Shown here: in pieces, positions 31,300-42,190 of the stretch
How positions within the stretch are numbered: the stretch's first letter is position 1
Layout: every line of letters begins with the position of its first letter
From: [Eubacterium] saphenum
GTDB taxonomy: Bacteria > Bacillota > Clostridia > Oscillospirales > Ruminococcaceae
Assembly (NCBI GenBank): GCA_004555855.1
Contig: SFJQ01000001.1
Coordinates: forward strand, 32,974 to 96,973
Direction of reading: 5' to 3'
Length of the DNA: 64,000 nucleotides
Program-made: the position numbers and the translations under genes
Notes under the pieces: model-generated
What the model saw: the letters and a program-made list of their open reading frames with translations, nothing else
Told to the model about the DNA's origin: nothing
Database searches by the model: none

Positions 31300-32670
31300 A
31301 TGAACGACAACTTTAACGAATTTAATCAGAATCAGTTCCAAAACGAACAGAGTTTCAGTCAATCCGTTCAGCAGGGCTTTACGGGACAGCAAATTCCGCA
31401 AACCCAACAGATTGTTCAGCCTGTTGTAACAGAAAAGCCCAAAAAGAAGAAAAGTCATCTCACGGCGGCGATTGCCGGTTCAATAGCAGCGGTTGTTCTC
31501 GTTGCGGGAGGCGCGGGCTTCGGCGGCGCGTATGTCGCGAATAAGCTGAATACACCCGCTATCGTTAACGAAAGCGAAAGCTCCTCGTCAACATCGTACA
31601 CGCCGGTTACAAGCGATACGCCAACGCTGAACGAAATGCAGCAGAATATCTCCGCGGGAACGTCAAATGTCACGCAAAACGGCGTTGAGTTCAACTCGGA
31701 CGGCTCCTACGCTTACACACGCGACCTTGTTGCCGCGGTTAAGGACAGCATAGTTTATATTTCTAACTATGTTGATGACGGCTATCAGCGCGGATATTCG
31801 CTCGGCAGCGGAATTATCATCTCCACGGACGGCTATATCATCACAAACAACCATATCATAAGCGAGGATATCAAGGATTGTGATGTCACGGTCAAGAAGA
31901 CTTTGGCGGACGGAACGGTTGAGGAGAAGAAGTACAAGGCAGCGCTTATCGGTACCGATGAGAGAACCGACCTTGCCGTTATCAAAATAGACGCGGAAAA
32001 CCTCACGGCGGCAAAACTCGGCGACTCCGACAAGCTGAGTCTGGGCGATGATATCGTTATTATCGGAAACCCCGTGCTGATTGACGGCGAAGTTTTGACG
32101 CTTGATACATCCGTGAGCAAGGGCGTGGTTTCGGGACTGAACCGTGAGATTTCTGCGACAGGCAAAGGTCTTACCTCAATCCAGACCGACGCGTCCATTA
32201 ACGGCGGAAACTCGGGCGGCGCGATGTTTAACGCGTACGGCGAGGTTGTCGGCATCGTTGACTTCAAAATTGTCACAACGGACGTGGAAAATCTCGGATT
32301 TGGTATCACGATTAACGAAGCGAAGAAAGTTGTCGATGATTTGATTTCGAGAGGATATGTTTCGGGACGGCCTATGCTCGGGATAATGTACCAGAATGTT
32401 ACACAGAGTGTTGCGTATTACAACGGAATGACGCCGGGGCTGTATGTAACCGAGGTGAAGAGTGAATATCCTGTGGCGAAGAGCGGGCTTGTTGCGGGAG
32501 ATACGATAGTTGAGATTGACGGGAAATCCGTGTTGACGAACGACATTTCGACAATTCTGGCAAGTAAAAAGCCGGGAGATGTGATAACGTTGGTTGTGGT
32601 GCGGAATGACGGGATTCGTCAGCGGAGAGTTAGTATAGATGTTGAGCTTGGCGAGTACAAGGGCAACTAA
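31300..32670 (+). CDS. htrA: HtrA-family serine protease with PDZ domain
   Basis: TM segment, TNNH, DLAV, GNSGG, C-terminal PDZ. Confidence 0.92.
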   Translation: MNDNFNEFNQNQFQNEQSFSQSVQQGFTGQQIPQTQQIVQPVVTEKPKKKKSHLTAAIAGSIAAVVLVAGGAGFGGAYVANKLNTPAIVNESESSSSTSYTPVTSDTPTLNEMQQNISAGTSNVTQNGVEFNSDGSYAYTRDLVAAVKDSIVYISNYVDDGYQRGYSLGSGIIISTDGYIITNNHIISEDIKDCDVTVKKTLADGTVEEKKYKAALIGTDERTDLAVIKIDAENLTAAKLGDSDKLSLGDDIVIIGNPVLIDGEVLTLDTSVSKGVVSGLNREISATGKGLTSIQTDASINGGNSGGAMFNAYGEVVGIVDFKIVTTDVENLGFGITINEAKKVVDDLISRGYVSGRPMLGIMYQNVTQSVAYYNGMTPGLYVTEVKSEYPVAKSGLVAGDTIVEIDGKSVLTNDISTILASKKPGDVITLVVVRNDGIRQRRVSIDVELGEYKGN

Positions 32671-32675
32671 AATAG

Positions 32676-32757
32676 CAAGCAGCTCCCTGAAAAGGGGGCT
32701 GCTTTTTTGCAAATTGAACAAATAATCCCGCGAGCTTTCACCCGCGGGATTTGTTAT
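32676..32757. terminator. Two hairpins between convergent htrA and nifJ
   Basis: AAGCAGCTCCCT...AGGGGGCTGCTTTTTT and AATCCCGCG...CGCGGGATT. Confidence 0.75.
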
Positions 32758-32766
32758 TTGGAGAAA

Positions 32767-35700
32767 TTACTTCTCAAACTCGTCCTTGTAAGCCTTGTCA
32801 AGCTCAACCAAGTGAGTGTACTTAGCCTTGAAGTTCGCAACCGCCTTATCAAACAGCTTCTCCGCTCTCTCCGGATTAGCACGCATCAGCGAATTATAAC
32901 GAACCTCTCTCATCATAAACGCCTTAGGATCACCGGTCGGCTCCTTGCTGTCAAGACTGAACGGCGACTTGCCCTGTGCAGGAAGGTCAGGATTGAAGCG
33001 GAACAACTGCCAGTAACCTGCCTCAACCGCTTCCTTCTCAACCTGCTGAGCAATGGTCAGACCGCCCTTGATACCGTGGTTAATGCACGGAGCATAAGCG
33101 ATAATCAGCGAAGGTCCGTCATAAGCCTCAGCCTCGGCAATCGCCTTCAGGCACTGCGCTCTGTCAGCACCCATAGCAATCTGCGCTACATAAACATAAC
33201 CGTAACTCATCGCAATTCCTGCGAGGTCCTTCTTCTTGACGTCCTTACCGCCAGCCGCAAACTGTGCAACCGCACCGATGTTTGTAGCCTTGGAAGCCTG
33301 TCCGCCTGTGTTGGAGTAAACCTCGGTATCGAATACGAGAACATTTACGTTTCTGCCCGAAGCCAGAACGTGGTCAAGTCCGCCGTAACCGATATCATAA
33401 GCCCAGCCATCGCCGCCGAGAATCCACTGGCTCTTCTTGGAGAGGTAGCTCTTGAGCTTCAGAACCTCAGCAACCTGCGGCTCGTTTGCACACGGGCAGT
33501 TCTCGAAAGCGTCAACAAGGTTCTTTGTAGCAACCGCGTTCTTCTTGCCGTCGTCAACGGTTGCAAAATACTCGTCGATGAGAGCCTTTGCCTTCTCGTG
33601 ACCGTCAAGAGCAGCGATTTCCTTCAGCTTAGCCTGCGCTCTCTTGCGGAGAGTATCCTGAGCGAGGAACATACCAAGACCAAACTCAGCGTTGTCCTCG
33701 AAGAGGGAGTTGCCCCAAGCGGGACCGTGACCAGCCTTGTTGGTGGTGTAAGGAGTGGAAGGCTCGGAACCTGCCCAAATGGACGAGCAGCCTGTTGCAT
33801 TTGCGATGTACATTCTGTCACCGAAGAGCTGTGTAACGAGCTTTGCGTAAGGAGTTTCGCCGCAGCCTGCACAAGCGCCCGAGAATTCGAGCAGCGGCTG
33901 GTTGAACTGCGAGCCCTTAACGGTGGTTTCAGCAAACTTAGCGTGAACCTCAGCCTTGTCCTCAACGTCCTTAACAGCGTAGTTGAATACGTCCTGCTGG
34001 TCGAGCTGGCTGTCAAGCGGCTTCATAACGAGCGCGCTCTTGCTCTTGTCCTTTGCGCCTGCGGGGCAGATGTTCGCGCAAACGCCGCAGCCCGTGCAGT
34101 CGAGTACGGAAACAGCCATCGTGTACTTCAGACCGGGCAGACCGGTTGCGTCCTTGGACTTGGTTGCTGCGGGAGCCTTTGCAGCCTCGTCAGCGTTCAT
34201 AATAACGGGACGGATAACTGCGTGCGGGCAAACGAACGAGCACTGGTTACACTGGATACAGTTCTCGGGAATCCACTGGGGAACGTCAACCGCGATACCG
34301 CGCTTCTCAAATGCGGCAGAACCCTGCGGGAAGGTACCGTCAGCGATGTCAACGAAGGTGGATACAGGGAGCTTGTCGCCGCGCTGTGCGTTAACGGGAA
34401 CCTGAATCTTGTTAACGAAGTCAACAAGGAAGCCCTCGCCGTCGAAGTGCGGGTGAACGAGCTCGCCCTGAGCGTCAGCCCAAGAAGCAGGAACGTCAAC
34501 CTTGATAACCTCGCCAGCGCCCTTCTCGATTGCAGCGTAGTTCATGTTAACGATGTCCTCGCCCTTCTTAGCAAACGACTTGTAAGCAGCCTGCTTCATG
34601 TACTCGATTGCCTTGTCAGCGGGGATAATGTTTGCGATGGAGAAGAATGCGGACTGGAGAACGGTGTTGGTCTTGTTGCCCAGACCGATTTCCTTTGCAA
34701 CCTTAATCGCGTTGATGATGTAGAAATTGATGTTGTTCTGAGCGATGTAGCGCTTAACGGGAGCGGGGAGCTTCTCGTCAAGCTCGTCAACTGTCCACTG
34801 GCAGTTGAGGAGGAACGAACCGCCCGGAATTACGTCCTGAACCATATCGTACTTATCGATATAGGACGGGTTGTGGCAGGCAACGAAGTTTGCCTTGTTG
34901 ATGAAGTAGGTGGACTTAATCGGAGTCTTACCGAATCTGAGGTGAGAAACCGTTACGCCGCCCGACTTCTTGGAGTCGTATGCGAAGTAAGCCTGCGCGT
35001 ACATATCGGTGTGGTCGCCGATAATCTTGATGGAGTTCTTGTTTGCACCAACGGTACCGTCTGAGCCAAGTCCCCAGAATTTGCAGCAGGTTGTGCCCTC
35101 GGGAGTGGTGTTCGGGTTTTCGGTAACCTTAAGCGAGAGATTTGTAACATCGTCCTCGATACCAACGGTGAATACAGGCTTGTCGGTGTTGTTGTAAACA
35201 GCGATGATGTGCGAGGGGTTGCAGTCCTTCGAGCCAAGACCGTAACGACCGGTGAAAATCGGAACGCCCTGGAACTTGCCTTCTCTGTTGAGAGCGGCAA
35301 CAACGTCGAGGTAAAGCGGCTCGCCCATAGCGCCCGGCTCCTTGGTTCTGTCGAGAACGGTAATCTTCTTGACAGTAGCGGGAATTGCCTCAACGAGTGC
35401 GCTTGAAACGAACGGTCTGTACAGTCTAACCTTTACAAGACCAACCTTCTTGCCCTGTGCGAGCATATAGTCGATGGTTTCCTCGATTGTGTCGCAGACA
35501 GAGCCCATAGCGATGATAACCTGCTCTGCGTCGGGAGCGCCATAGTAGTTGAACAGCTTGTAGTTTGTGCCAATCTTCGCGTTAACCTTGTCCATGTACT
35601 CGGTAACGATAGCGGGAAGCGCGTTGTAGTAGGAGTTGCCTGCCTCGCGTCCCTGGAAGAAGATGTCGGGGTTCTGAGCGGTACCGTGAAGAACGGGCTT

Positions 35701-36333
35701 CTCGGGGTTGAGCGCTCTGTCGCGGAACGCCTGAATAGCGTCCCAGTCAACCATTTCTGCGAGGTCCTCGTAGTCCCAAACCTCAATCTTCTGGATTTCG
35801 TGAGAGGTACGGAAACCATCGAAGAAGTGCAGGAAAGGAACTCTGCCCTTGATTGTTGCAAGGTGAGCAACTGCGCCCAAATCCATAACTTCCTGAGGGT
35901 TGGTGGAGCAGAGCATTGCGTAACCGGTCTGGCGGCAAGCATAAACGTCGGAGTGGTCGCCGAAGATGGACAGCGCGTTGGACGCTACCGCTCTTGCGGA
36001 AACGTGAATAACCGACGGGAGCAGCTCGCCCGCGATTTTATACATATTCGGAATCATCAGGAGAAGACCCTGAGATGCTGTGTAAGTAGTGGTGAGCGCG
36101 CCTGCGGAAAGCGAGCCGTGAACCGCGCCTGCTGCGCCTGCCTCGGACTGCATCTCAACAACCTTTACGGTTTCGCCGAAGATGTTCTTCTGTCCTGCGG
36201 TAGCCCAAGCGTCGGTAACCTCAGCCATAACGGACGAGGGGGTGATGGGGTAAATCGCAGCGAGGTCTGTAAACGCGTATGAAACGTGACCTGCGGCGTT
36301 GTTACCGTCCATCGTTTTCATTTTTCTTGCCAT
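32767..36333 (-). CDS. nifJ: Pyruvate:ferredoxin/flavodoxin oxidoreductase
   Basis: 1188 aa; YPITPS, two CxxCxxCxxxCP, FSGACAGCGE, GGDGW, YSNTGGQ. Confidence 0.98.
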   Translation of the reverse strand: MARKMKTMDGNNAAGHVSYAFTDLAAIYPITPSSVMAEVTDAWATAGQKNIFGETVKVVEMQSEAGAAGAVHGSLSAGALTTTYTASQGLLLMIPNMYKIAGELLPSVIHVSARAVASNALSIFGDHSDVYACRQTGYAMLCSTNPQEVMDLGAVAHLATIKGRVPFLHFFDGFRTSHEIQKIEVWDYEDLAEMVDWDAIQAFRDRALNPEKPVLHGTAQNPDIFFQGREAGNSYYNALPAIVTEYMDKVNAKIGTNYKLFNYYGAPDAEQVIIAMGSVCDTIEETIDYMLAQGKKVGLVKVRLYRPFVSSALVEAIPATVKKITVLDRTKEPGAMGEPLYLDVVAALNREGKFQGVPIFTGRYGLGSKDCNPSHIIAVYNNTDKPVFTVGIEDDVTNLSLKVTENPNTTPEGTTCCKFWGLGSDGTVGANKNSIKIIGDHTDMYAQAYFAYDSKKSGGVTVSHLRFGKTPIKSTYFINKANFVACHNPSYIDKYDMVQDVIPGGSFLLNCQWTVDELDEKLPAPVKRYIAQNNINFYIINAIKVAKEIGLGNKTNTVLQSAFFSIANIIPADKAIEYMKQAAYKSFAKKGEDIVNMNYAAIEKGAGEVIKVDVPASWADAQGELVHPHFDGEGFLVDFVNKIQVPVNAQRGDKLPVSTFVDIADGTFPQGSAAFEKRGIAVDVPQWIPENCIQCNQCSFVCPHAVIRPVIMNADEAAKAPAATKSKDATGLPGLKYTMAVSVLDCTGCGVCANICPAGAKDKSKSALVMKPLDSQLDQQDVFNYAVKDVEDKAEVHAKFAETTVKGSQFNQPLLEFSGACAGCGETPYAKLVTQLFGDRMYIANATGCSSIWAGSEPSTPYTTNKAGHGPAWGNSLFEDNAEFGLGMFLAQDTLRKRAQAKLKEIAALDGHEKAKALIDEYFATVDDGKKNAVATKNLVDAFENCPCANEPQVAEVLKLKSYLSKKSQWILGGDGWAYDIGYGGLDHVLASGRNVNVLVFDTEVYSNTGGQASKATNIGAVAQFAAGGKDVKKKDLAGIAMSYGYVYVAQIAMGADRAQCLKAIAEAEAYDGPSLIIAYAPCINHGIKGGLTIAQQVEKEAVEAGYWQLFRFNPDLPAQGKSPFSLDSKEPTGDPKAFMMREVRYNSLMRANPERAEKLFDKAVANFKAKYTHLVELDKAYKDEFEK

Positions 36334-36508
36334 TGGTTTATCCTCCTTAAATCTTTGGGACTTTGAATTTTCTCACACTTTACCGCGCGAAATCGTTTTC
36401 ATACCAAAACAGTATGATAAAGTCCACATTTTTACCTTTACATTGTACCATAAATTTTTAGATTTTTCAATAGAGTTTTTGTAATTTTCTCGAAAATTTT
36501 TTGTTAAT

Positions 36509-36537
36509 TTGACAAAAAACAGACAATGTGTTATAAT
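36509..36537 (+). promoter_or_regulatory. Sigma-A promoter (radA)
   Basis: TTGACA-17 bp-TATAAT with TG extension. Confidence 0.8.
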
Positions 36538-36567
36538 TATCGTACATATTAAAAAGGCGGTGCAGAA

Positions 36568-37983
36568 ATGGCGAAGGAAAAAATTGTCTATGTGTGCAGC
36601 GAGTGCGGGCGGGAGTTCCCGAAATGGAGCGGGAAATGCCTGGGCTGCGGTGCGTGGAACTCGCTTGAGGAAACCGCGCCGATTGTGGTTTCGGCGACAA
36701 AAGCGCAGGCAGCGAAAACGCTTGAATATTCGCGGATAACCGAAGTCCCCGAGGACAGCGAAATCCGTTATTCAACGGGTGTTGGGGAGCTTGACCGAGT
36801 GCTTGGCGGCGGCTTGGTGAAAGGCTCGCTTGTGCTTATCGGCGGCGACCCCGGTATAGGAAAATCCACGCTTCTTATGCAGATTTGCGGGCATCTCGGC
36901 AAGGAACACACCGTGCTTTATGTATCGGGCGAGGAAAGTGAACGGCAGCTGTCGCTTCGCGCAAAACGGCTCGGTGTGGACGCGGAAAATCTGTTCATCT
37001 CATCGTCAAACTCGTGCGAGAGCATTATTAAAGCCGTGTGCGAGAACAAGCCGGAAGCTGTCGTCATCGACTCGATTCAGACGATTACATCAAGCGCGCT
37101 TTCCTCGTCTGCGGGGAGTATTGTTCAGGTGCGGGAGTGTACAGGCGCGTTTATGCGAATGGCAAAAAGCGAGGAAATTCCCGTGTTCATCGTGAGCCAC
37201 GTCAACAAGGACGGCGGGATTGCTGGTCCGAAGATTATGGAGCATATTGTAGATACCGTGCTGTATTTTGAGGGCGACAAGCAGTTGTCATACAGGATAT
37301 TGCGGTCGATTAAGAACAGATTTGGTTCAACGAATGAAATCGGCGTGTTTATGATGGACAGCGACGGGCTGAAAGAGGTGGAAAATCCGTCCGAAACGAT
37401 GCTTTCGGGGCGGCAGAAAAACATCTCGGGAAGCACGGTTCTCTGCTCAATCGAAGGAACAAGACCGATTTTAGCCGAGGTGCAGGCGCTGGCGGCGAAA
37501 TCGGGGTTTACAAATCCGAGGAGGGTTGCCACGGGGTTTGACCTGAACCGGCTGTATATGCTGATTGCGGTGTTGGAGAAACGGCTGGGATTTGCGCTGT
37601 CGGGGCTGGACGTGTACGTCAACATTGTAGGCGGCTTGCGGATTGACGAACCTGCGGCGGATTTAGCGGTTGCGGCGGCGCTTTACTCGGGGGTGACGGG
37701 GAAAGTTGTGCCCGAGCGGACGGTGATGTTCGGGGAAGTCGGTTTAGGCGGAGAGCTGCGGGCGGTGTCGAGGGCAGCTGAGCGCATTAAGGAAGCGCAG
37801 CGGCTTGGATTTGGGACGGTTATTTTGCCGAAGAACTCAGCGAACAGGCTGCCGAAGGGTGAGGATTTCGGGATTAAGGTTGTGCCTGTGAACACGCTTG
37901 GCGAAGCGTTTAAAGCAATCGAGCAGCGTGACGCTGCACCCTTTTCGCTTAGCGGTGCCTGTTCCGAGCACGCGAAGCCTTAA
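36568..37983 (+). CDS. radA: DNA repair protein RadA/Sms
   Basis: Zn finger CSECG...CLGC, GDPGIGKST, KNRFG. Confidence 0.97.
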   Translation: MAKEKIVYVCSECGREFPKWSGKCLGCGAWNSLEETAPIVVSATKAQAAKTLEYSRITEVPEDSEIRYSTGVGELDRVLGGGLVKGSLVLIGGDPGIGKSTLLMQICGHLGKEHTVLYVSGEESERQLSLRAKRLGVDAENLFISSSNSCESIIKAVCENKPEAVVIDSIQTITSSALSSSAGSIVQVRECTGAFMRMAKSEEIPVFIVSHVNKDGGIAGPKIMEHIVDTVLYFEGDKQLSYRILRSIKNRFGSTNEIGVFMMDSDGLKEVENPSETMLSGRQKNISGSTVLCSIEGTRPILAEVQALAAKSGFTNPRRVATGFDLNRLYMLIAVLEKRLGFALSGLDVYVNIVGGLRIDEPAADLAVAAALYSGVTGKVVPERTVMFGEVGLGGELRAVSRAAERIKEAQRLGFGTVILPKNSANRLPKGEDFGIKVVPVNTLGEAFKAIEQRDAAPFSLSGACSEHAKP

Positions 37984-38668
37984 AGTCTTTTTGGAAGTCT
38001 TGAAACCTTTTTCTTCAGAAAAAGGTTTCAAGCCGCCGGAGGCACTGGAGCGAAGCGATATTACTGAAGGCGAAGCCGTCAAATCCAAAAAGGACGCTTG
38101 AAGAAACTAATGATTTACAAACCGACTAAAAATCCGTCAAGCAACCATTGCCAAATTTTTTCGCGTTCGCGAAAAAATTCGCAAACCCCTCAGAACAACC
38201 TTGCCTTGACAGAGCGGGTGCAGCCACGCACGTCCCGCTTTAACGGGCGTGGCTGCACCCGCGCGATTTTTCGGGTTCGATGCCCGAAAAATCGCCCCGC
38301 GCAGCACAGACCACCCCGATGGGAAAGCTTGGCTTACACCAAAATCTCTCCCACAAATCACGCTTTGAATAAAAAAACTCGGAGCTTAAACTCCGAGTTT
38401 CTTCGTTATGGCAAGGTTTCTGAAATGGGGTATGCGATTTTTTTGACGCTTGTCAAAAAAATTGGCAATGGTGGCTAAACTGAATTTCAAGTCGGATTGT
38501 AATCTTTTGTTTTGAGGTAATCCATTTTTTGAATTTACGGTTTCACTTCAGTATTGACGCTTCGCTCCAGTGCCTTCGGCGACAAGGAACCTTTTTCTGA
38601 AGAAAAAGGTTAGGGAAACCGAAGGTTTCTCGCAAACACTCCAAAAAGACTTTTTTCGCTTCGCGTGC
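37968..38668. repeat. Composite element E7: ~220-bp inverted arms (A-G-E) around a core of B and F
   Basis: 37971-38190 is an imperfect reverse complement of 38427-38668. Confidence 0.92.
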
Positions 38669-38681
38669 CACGGGAGCGCAC

Positions 38682-40046
38682 TCAGTTTTTCAGGCTCTGC
38701 AGCGGCGCCGGTATCCTTCCGCCCCTCGATATAAACTTCGCCGAACTAAACTTGCTCACCGGCATAACAGGCCCGCTTCCAAACAATCCGCCAAACTCCA
38801 GCGTTTCGCCCTCTTTCATTCCAATCGCCGGTATCACGCGCACCGCCGTTGTCTTCGAGTTGACCATACCGATTGCCGCCTCGTCCGCAATAATCGCCGA
38901 AATCGTGTCCGCAGACGTGTCCCCCGGCACTACAATCATATCCAATCCCACCGAGCATACCGCCGTCATCGCTTCCAGCTTCTCCAACGACAGCGAACCC
39001 CTGTTCACCGCGTCAATCATTCCCGCGTCCTCGGACACCGGTATAAACGCGCCCGAAAGCCCGCCAACGTGCGACGAAGCCATAACGCCGCCCTTCTTAA
39101 CCGCATCGTTCAGCATCGCCAAGCAAGCCGTCGTTCCGTGCGCGCCGCAGCTCTCCAAGCCAATTTCTTCCAGAATGTGGGCAACCGAATCGCCGACCGC
39201 AGGCGTCGGTGCAAGCGACAAATCCACGATACCAAACGGCACTCCCAGACGCTTTGACGCTTCCGTGCCGACAAGCTGTCCCATTCTTGTGATTTTAAAC
39301 GCGGTTTTCTTGATAACATCGGCAATCTCCGACATATTCGCGTCAGGGTACTTTTTAATCGCCGCTCTGACAACACCCGGTCCCGATACGCCGACATTTA
39401 TCTCGCAGTCGTACTCGCCTACTCCGTGGAAAGCGCCCGCCATAAACGGATTGTCCTCGGGAGCGTTGCAGAAAACAACAATTTTCGCGGCTCCGAAGCA
39501 ATGGTTATCGGCGGTCTTCTCGGAAGCCTCGCGCACGATTTTTCCCATCATCGCCACCGCGTCCATATTGATACCTGCCTTCGTTGAGCCGATGTTGACG
39601 GACGAGCAGACGTTTGTCGTTTCGGCAAGCGCCTCGGGAATGCTCTCGATAAGCTCGCGGTCACCCGCCGAGAAGCCCTTATGCACCAGCGCCGAATAGC
39701 CGCCGATATAGTTTACGCCTGTTCCCTCGGCAACCCGCTGAAGCGTTTTTGCGTACTCCACGGGGCTTTGACCGTTCGCTGAGCTTGCTGCGGAAACCAT
39801 CGCAATCGGCGTTACGGAAATTCTTTTGTTGATAATCGGGATACCGTACTGTTTCTCGATTTCCTCGCCTGTTTTGACGAGATTTTCCGCTTTTCTCATC
39901 ATCTTCTCGTAGATTTTATCGCACGCGGTTTTCGCGTTATCCGAGATGCAGTCAACGAGCGAAATGCCCATAGTAATCGTTCTGATGTCAAGATTTTCCT
40001 CTTGAATCATCTTGATAGTTTCAAGAATATCGCCTGTATTAAGCAA
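38682..40046 (-). CDS. UPF0210/DUF711 (PFL-like) protein
   Basis: [34 protein letters not shown]. Confidence 0.9.
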   Translation of the reverse strand: MLNTGDILETIKMIQEENLDIRTITMGISLVDCISDNAKTACDKIYEKMMRKAENLVKTGEEIEKQYGIPIINKRISVTPIAMVSAASSANGQSPVEYAKTLQRVAEGTGVNYIGGYSALVHKGFSAGDRELIESIPEALAETTNVCSSVNIGSTKAGINMDAVAMMGKIVREASEKTADNHCFGAAKIVVFCNAPEDNPFMAGAFHGVGEYDCEINVGVSGPGVVRAAIKKYPDANMSEIADVIKKTAFKITRMGQLVGTEASKRLGVPFGIVDLSLAPTPAVGDSVAHILEEIGLESCGAHGTTACLAMLNDAVKKGGVMASSHVGGLSGAFIPVSEDAGMIDAVNRGSLSLEKLEAMTAVCSVGLDMIVVPGDTSADTISAIIADEAAIGMVNSKTTAVRVIPAIGMKEGETLEFGGLFGSGPVMPVSKFSSAKFISRGGRIPAPLQSLKN

Positions 40047-40086
40047 AAATAAACACCGTCCTCTTACCTGTAATTGTCAGAATTTG

Positions 40087-40356
40087 TCAGATTTTGTGCA
40101 TCGAGTTAAAGATATCCTCATGCATAACATGGATTTGAAGTCCCATTTCCTCGCCTGCTTTTTTCAATTCATCGGCAAACGCTGAAAATTCAACGCTGAG
40201 TTCCGAAATCTCGATAAGCATTGTCATCGCGAACAAATCCTGCATAACGGTCTGGGTAACATCCATAACGTTTGCGCGATGCTCGGCGCAAATTGCCGTA
40301 ACCCTCGCCAGAATACCAACCGTGTCCTTACCTATAACAGCCACAACAGCTCTCAT
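40087..40356 (-). CDS. ACT-domain protein (UPF0237)
   Basis: VIGKDTVGI...EDIFNSMHKI; usual partner of UPF0210. Confidence 0.9.
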   Translation of the reverse strand: MRAVVAVIGKDTVGILARVTAICAEHRANVMDVTQTVMQDLFAMTMLIEISELSVEFSAFADELKKAGEEMGLQIHVMHEDIFNSMHKI

Positions 40357-40505
40357 ATTTTTACCTCCGCTAATTTTTTCGCGCGTTCTCCGCGCAATAT
40401 ATTTCTATTATACTATTTTTTTTGCAATTTGTAAATAAGTTCTTTACAAATTTTTTTATTTGTGGTAAAATATATTGTGAAAGATATATCGAAAGGAGCT
40501 ACCAA

Positions 40506-40991
40506 ATGAACACAACCAAACTTCTCGACGTTCTCCGACAGAACGCCCGCCTCTCAAACTCCGAAATCGCCGCCATGCTCGGCGAATCCGAAAAAGCAGT
40601 CGCCGATGAAATCTCCCGCCTTGAACGCGAGGGCATTATTATGGGCTACTCCGCCATCATTGACGAGGAAAAAGCCGACGACAACGCCGTCACTGCAATG
40701 ATCGAGCTTAAAATGACGCCCATCAAAGACCGCGGCTTTGACGACCTCGCCCACACAATTATGTCCTACGAGGAAATCGACAGCGTTTTCCTGCTCTCCG
40801 GTCCGTATGACCTGATGGTGACGATAAGCGGCACAAGTCTGCGGAATGTCGCCCTTTTCGTCAGCGAGCGCCTTGCTGTCCTCGACGGCGTGATTTCCAC
40901 GACAACCCACTTTATCCTCCGCCGCTACAAGGAAAAACACCACGTCTTCAACGAGGAACTCTATGACGAGCGCGATATGATAAGCCCGTGA
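40506..40991 (+). CDS. Lrp/AsnC-family regulator
   Basis: N-terminal HTH, SGPYDL, TTTHF; RBS AAGGAG. Confidence 0.9.
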   Translation: MNTTKLLDVLRQNARLSNSEIAAMLGESEKAVADEISRLEREGIIMGYSAIIDEEKADDNAVTAMIELKMTPIKDRGFDDLAHTIMSYEEIDSVFLLSGPYDLMVTISGTSLRNVALFVSERLAVLDGVISTTTHFILRRYKEKHHVFNEELYDERDMISP

Positions 40992-41017
40992 GAACAACTG
41001 TAAAGGAGTAAACGACT

Positions 41018-42181
41018 TTGGATTACAATAAACTCATTCCCGAGCGTATCAGCTCTATGAAGCCCTCGGGAATAAGAAGGTTCTTCGACATAGCTCAGAC
41101 GGTTAAGGGCGTAATCTCGCTGTCTGTCGGCGAACCCGATTTCAAAACACCTTGGGAAGCGCGCAAGGAAGCTATAAATATACTCGAGCGCGGCAAAACC
41201 GCTTACACGGCAAACAGCGGACTTATGGAGCTGAGAAAAGCAGTCTGCGGATACCTCAAGGGCTTTATACACACCGAATATGACCCCGAAACCGAGGTTA
41301 TCATAACAGTCGGCGGAAGCGAAGCGATTGACCTTGCTGTCCGCGCGCTTATCGAGGACGGAGATGAGGTGCTTGTTCCCGAGCCGTCTTTCGTGTGCTA
41401 TGCACCGATTGTTCGTATGATGGGCGGCGTGCCTGTGCCGATTGTCACGAAGGCTGAGGACAAATTCCGCTTAACGGCAGCGGCTCTCAAGGAGAAAATC
41501 ACCCCGCGCACAAAGCTGCTCTTTCTCCCTTATCCGAACAATCCGACCGGCGCGGTTATGAGGAGAGCCGATTTGGAGGCAATCGCCGAAGTTCTCCGCG
41601 ACACGAACATAATCGTTGCCTCGGACGAAATCTACGCCGAGATGACCTATAACGGCGAGAAGCACGTTTCCATCGCCGAGATTGACGGAATGCGCGAGCG
41701 CACGCTTGTTATCAGCGGTTTCTCGAAAACCTACGCGATGACGGGCTGGCGGCTCGGTTATACGGCAGGACCTGCGCCGATTATCAGGCAAATGCTGAAG
41801 CTCCACCAGTACTGCATAATGTCAAGCCCCACGGTGAGCCAGTACGCGGCGATTGCGGCGATACAGAAGTGCCGCGCGGACGTTGAACATATGATTTCCG
41901 AATACGATATGCGAAGGCGGCTTTGCGTGAAGAACTTCAACGATATGGGCTTGGAGTGCTTTGAGCCGGAGGGCGCGTTTTACGTTTTCCCGTGCATCAA
42001 GTCAACGGGAATGACCAGCGAGGAGTTTTGCCAGAAGCTGGTGTTCGAGAAGAAGGTTGCCGTTGTTCCCGGAAACGCGTTCGGCGAAAGCGGCGAGGGC
42101 TTCGTGCGCGTTTCCTACGCTTATTCCGTGGCGCATCTGGAGAGCGCGTTTACGAGAATACGCGAGTTTATCGGGAAATAA
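41018..42181 (+). CDS. Class I/II PLP aminotransferase
   Basis: GEPDF, PNNPTG, SDEIY, SKTYAMTGWRLG. Confidence 0.93.
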   Translation: MDYNKLIPERISSMKPSGIRRFFDIAQTVKGVISLSVGEPDFKTPWEARKEAINILERGKTAYTANSGLMELRKAVCGYLKGFIHTEYDPETEVIITVGGSEAIDLAVRALIEDGDEVLVPEPSFVCYAPIVRMMGGVPVPIVTKAEDKFRLTAAALKEKITPRTKLLFLPYPNNPTGAVMRRADLEAIAEVLRDTNIIVASDEIYAEMTYNGEKHVSIAEIDGMRERTLVISGFSKTYAMTGWRLGYTAGPAPIIRQMLKLHQYCIMSSPTVSQYAAIAAIQKCRADVEHMISEYDMRRRLCVKNFNDMGLECFEPEGAFYVFPCIKSTGMTSEEFCQKLVFEKKVAVVPGNAFGESGEGFVRVSYAYSVAHLESAFTRIREFIGK

Positions 42182-42190
42182 ATCCGAGAA

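Noticed and set aside
32707..35064. 785-aa plus-strand ORF
   Set aside because: Antisense shadow of the strongly codon-biased nifJ
37968..38668. Autonomous IS element
   Set aside because: No transposase-like ORF between the arms and no target-site duplication identified
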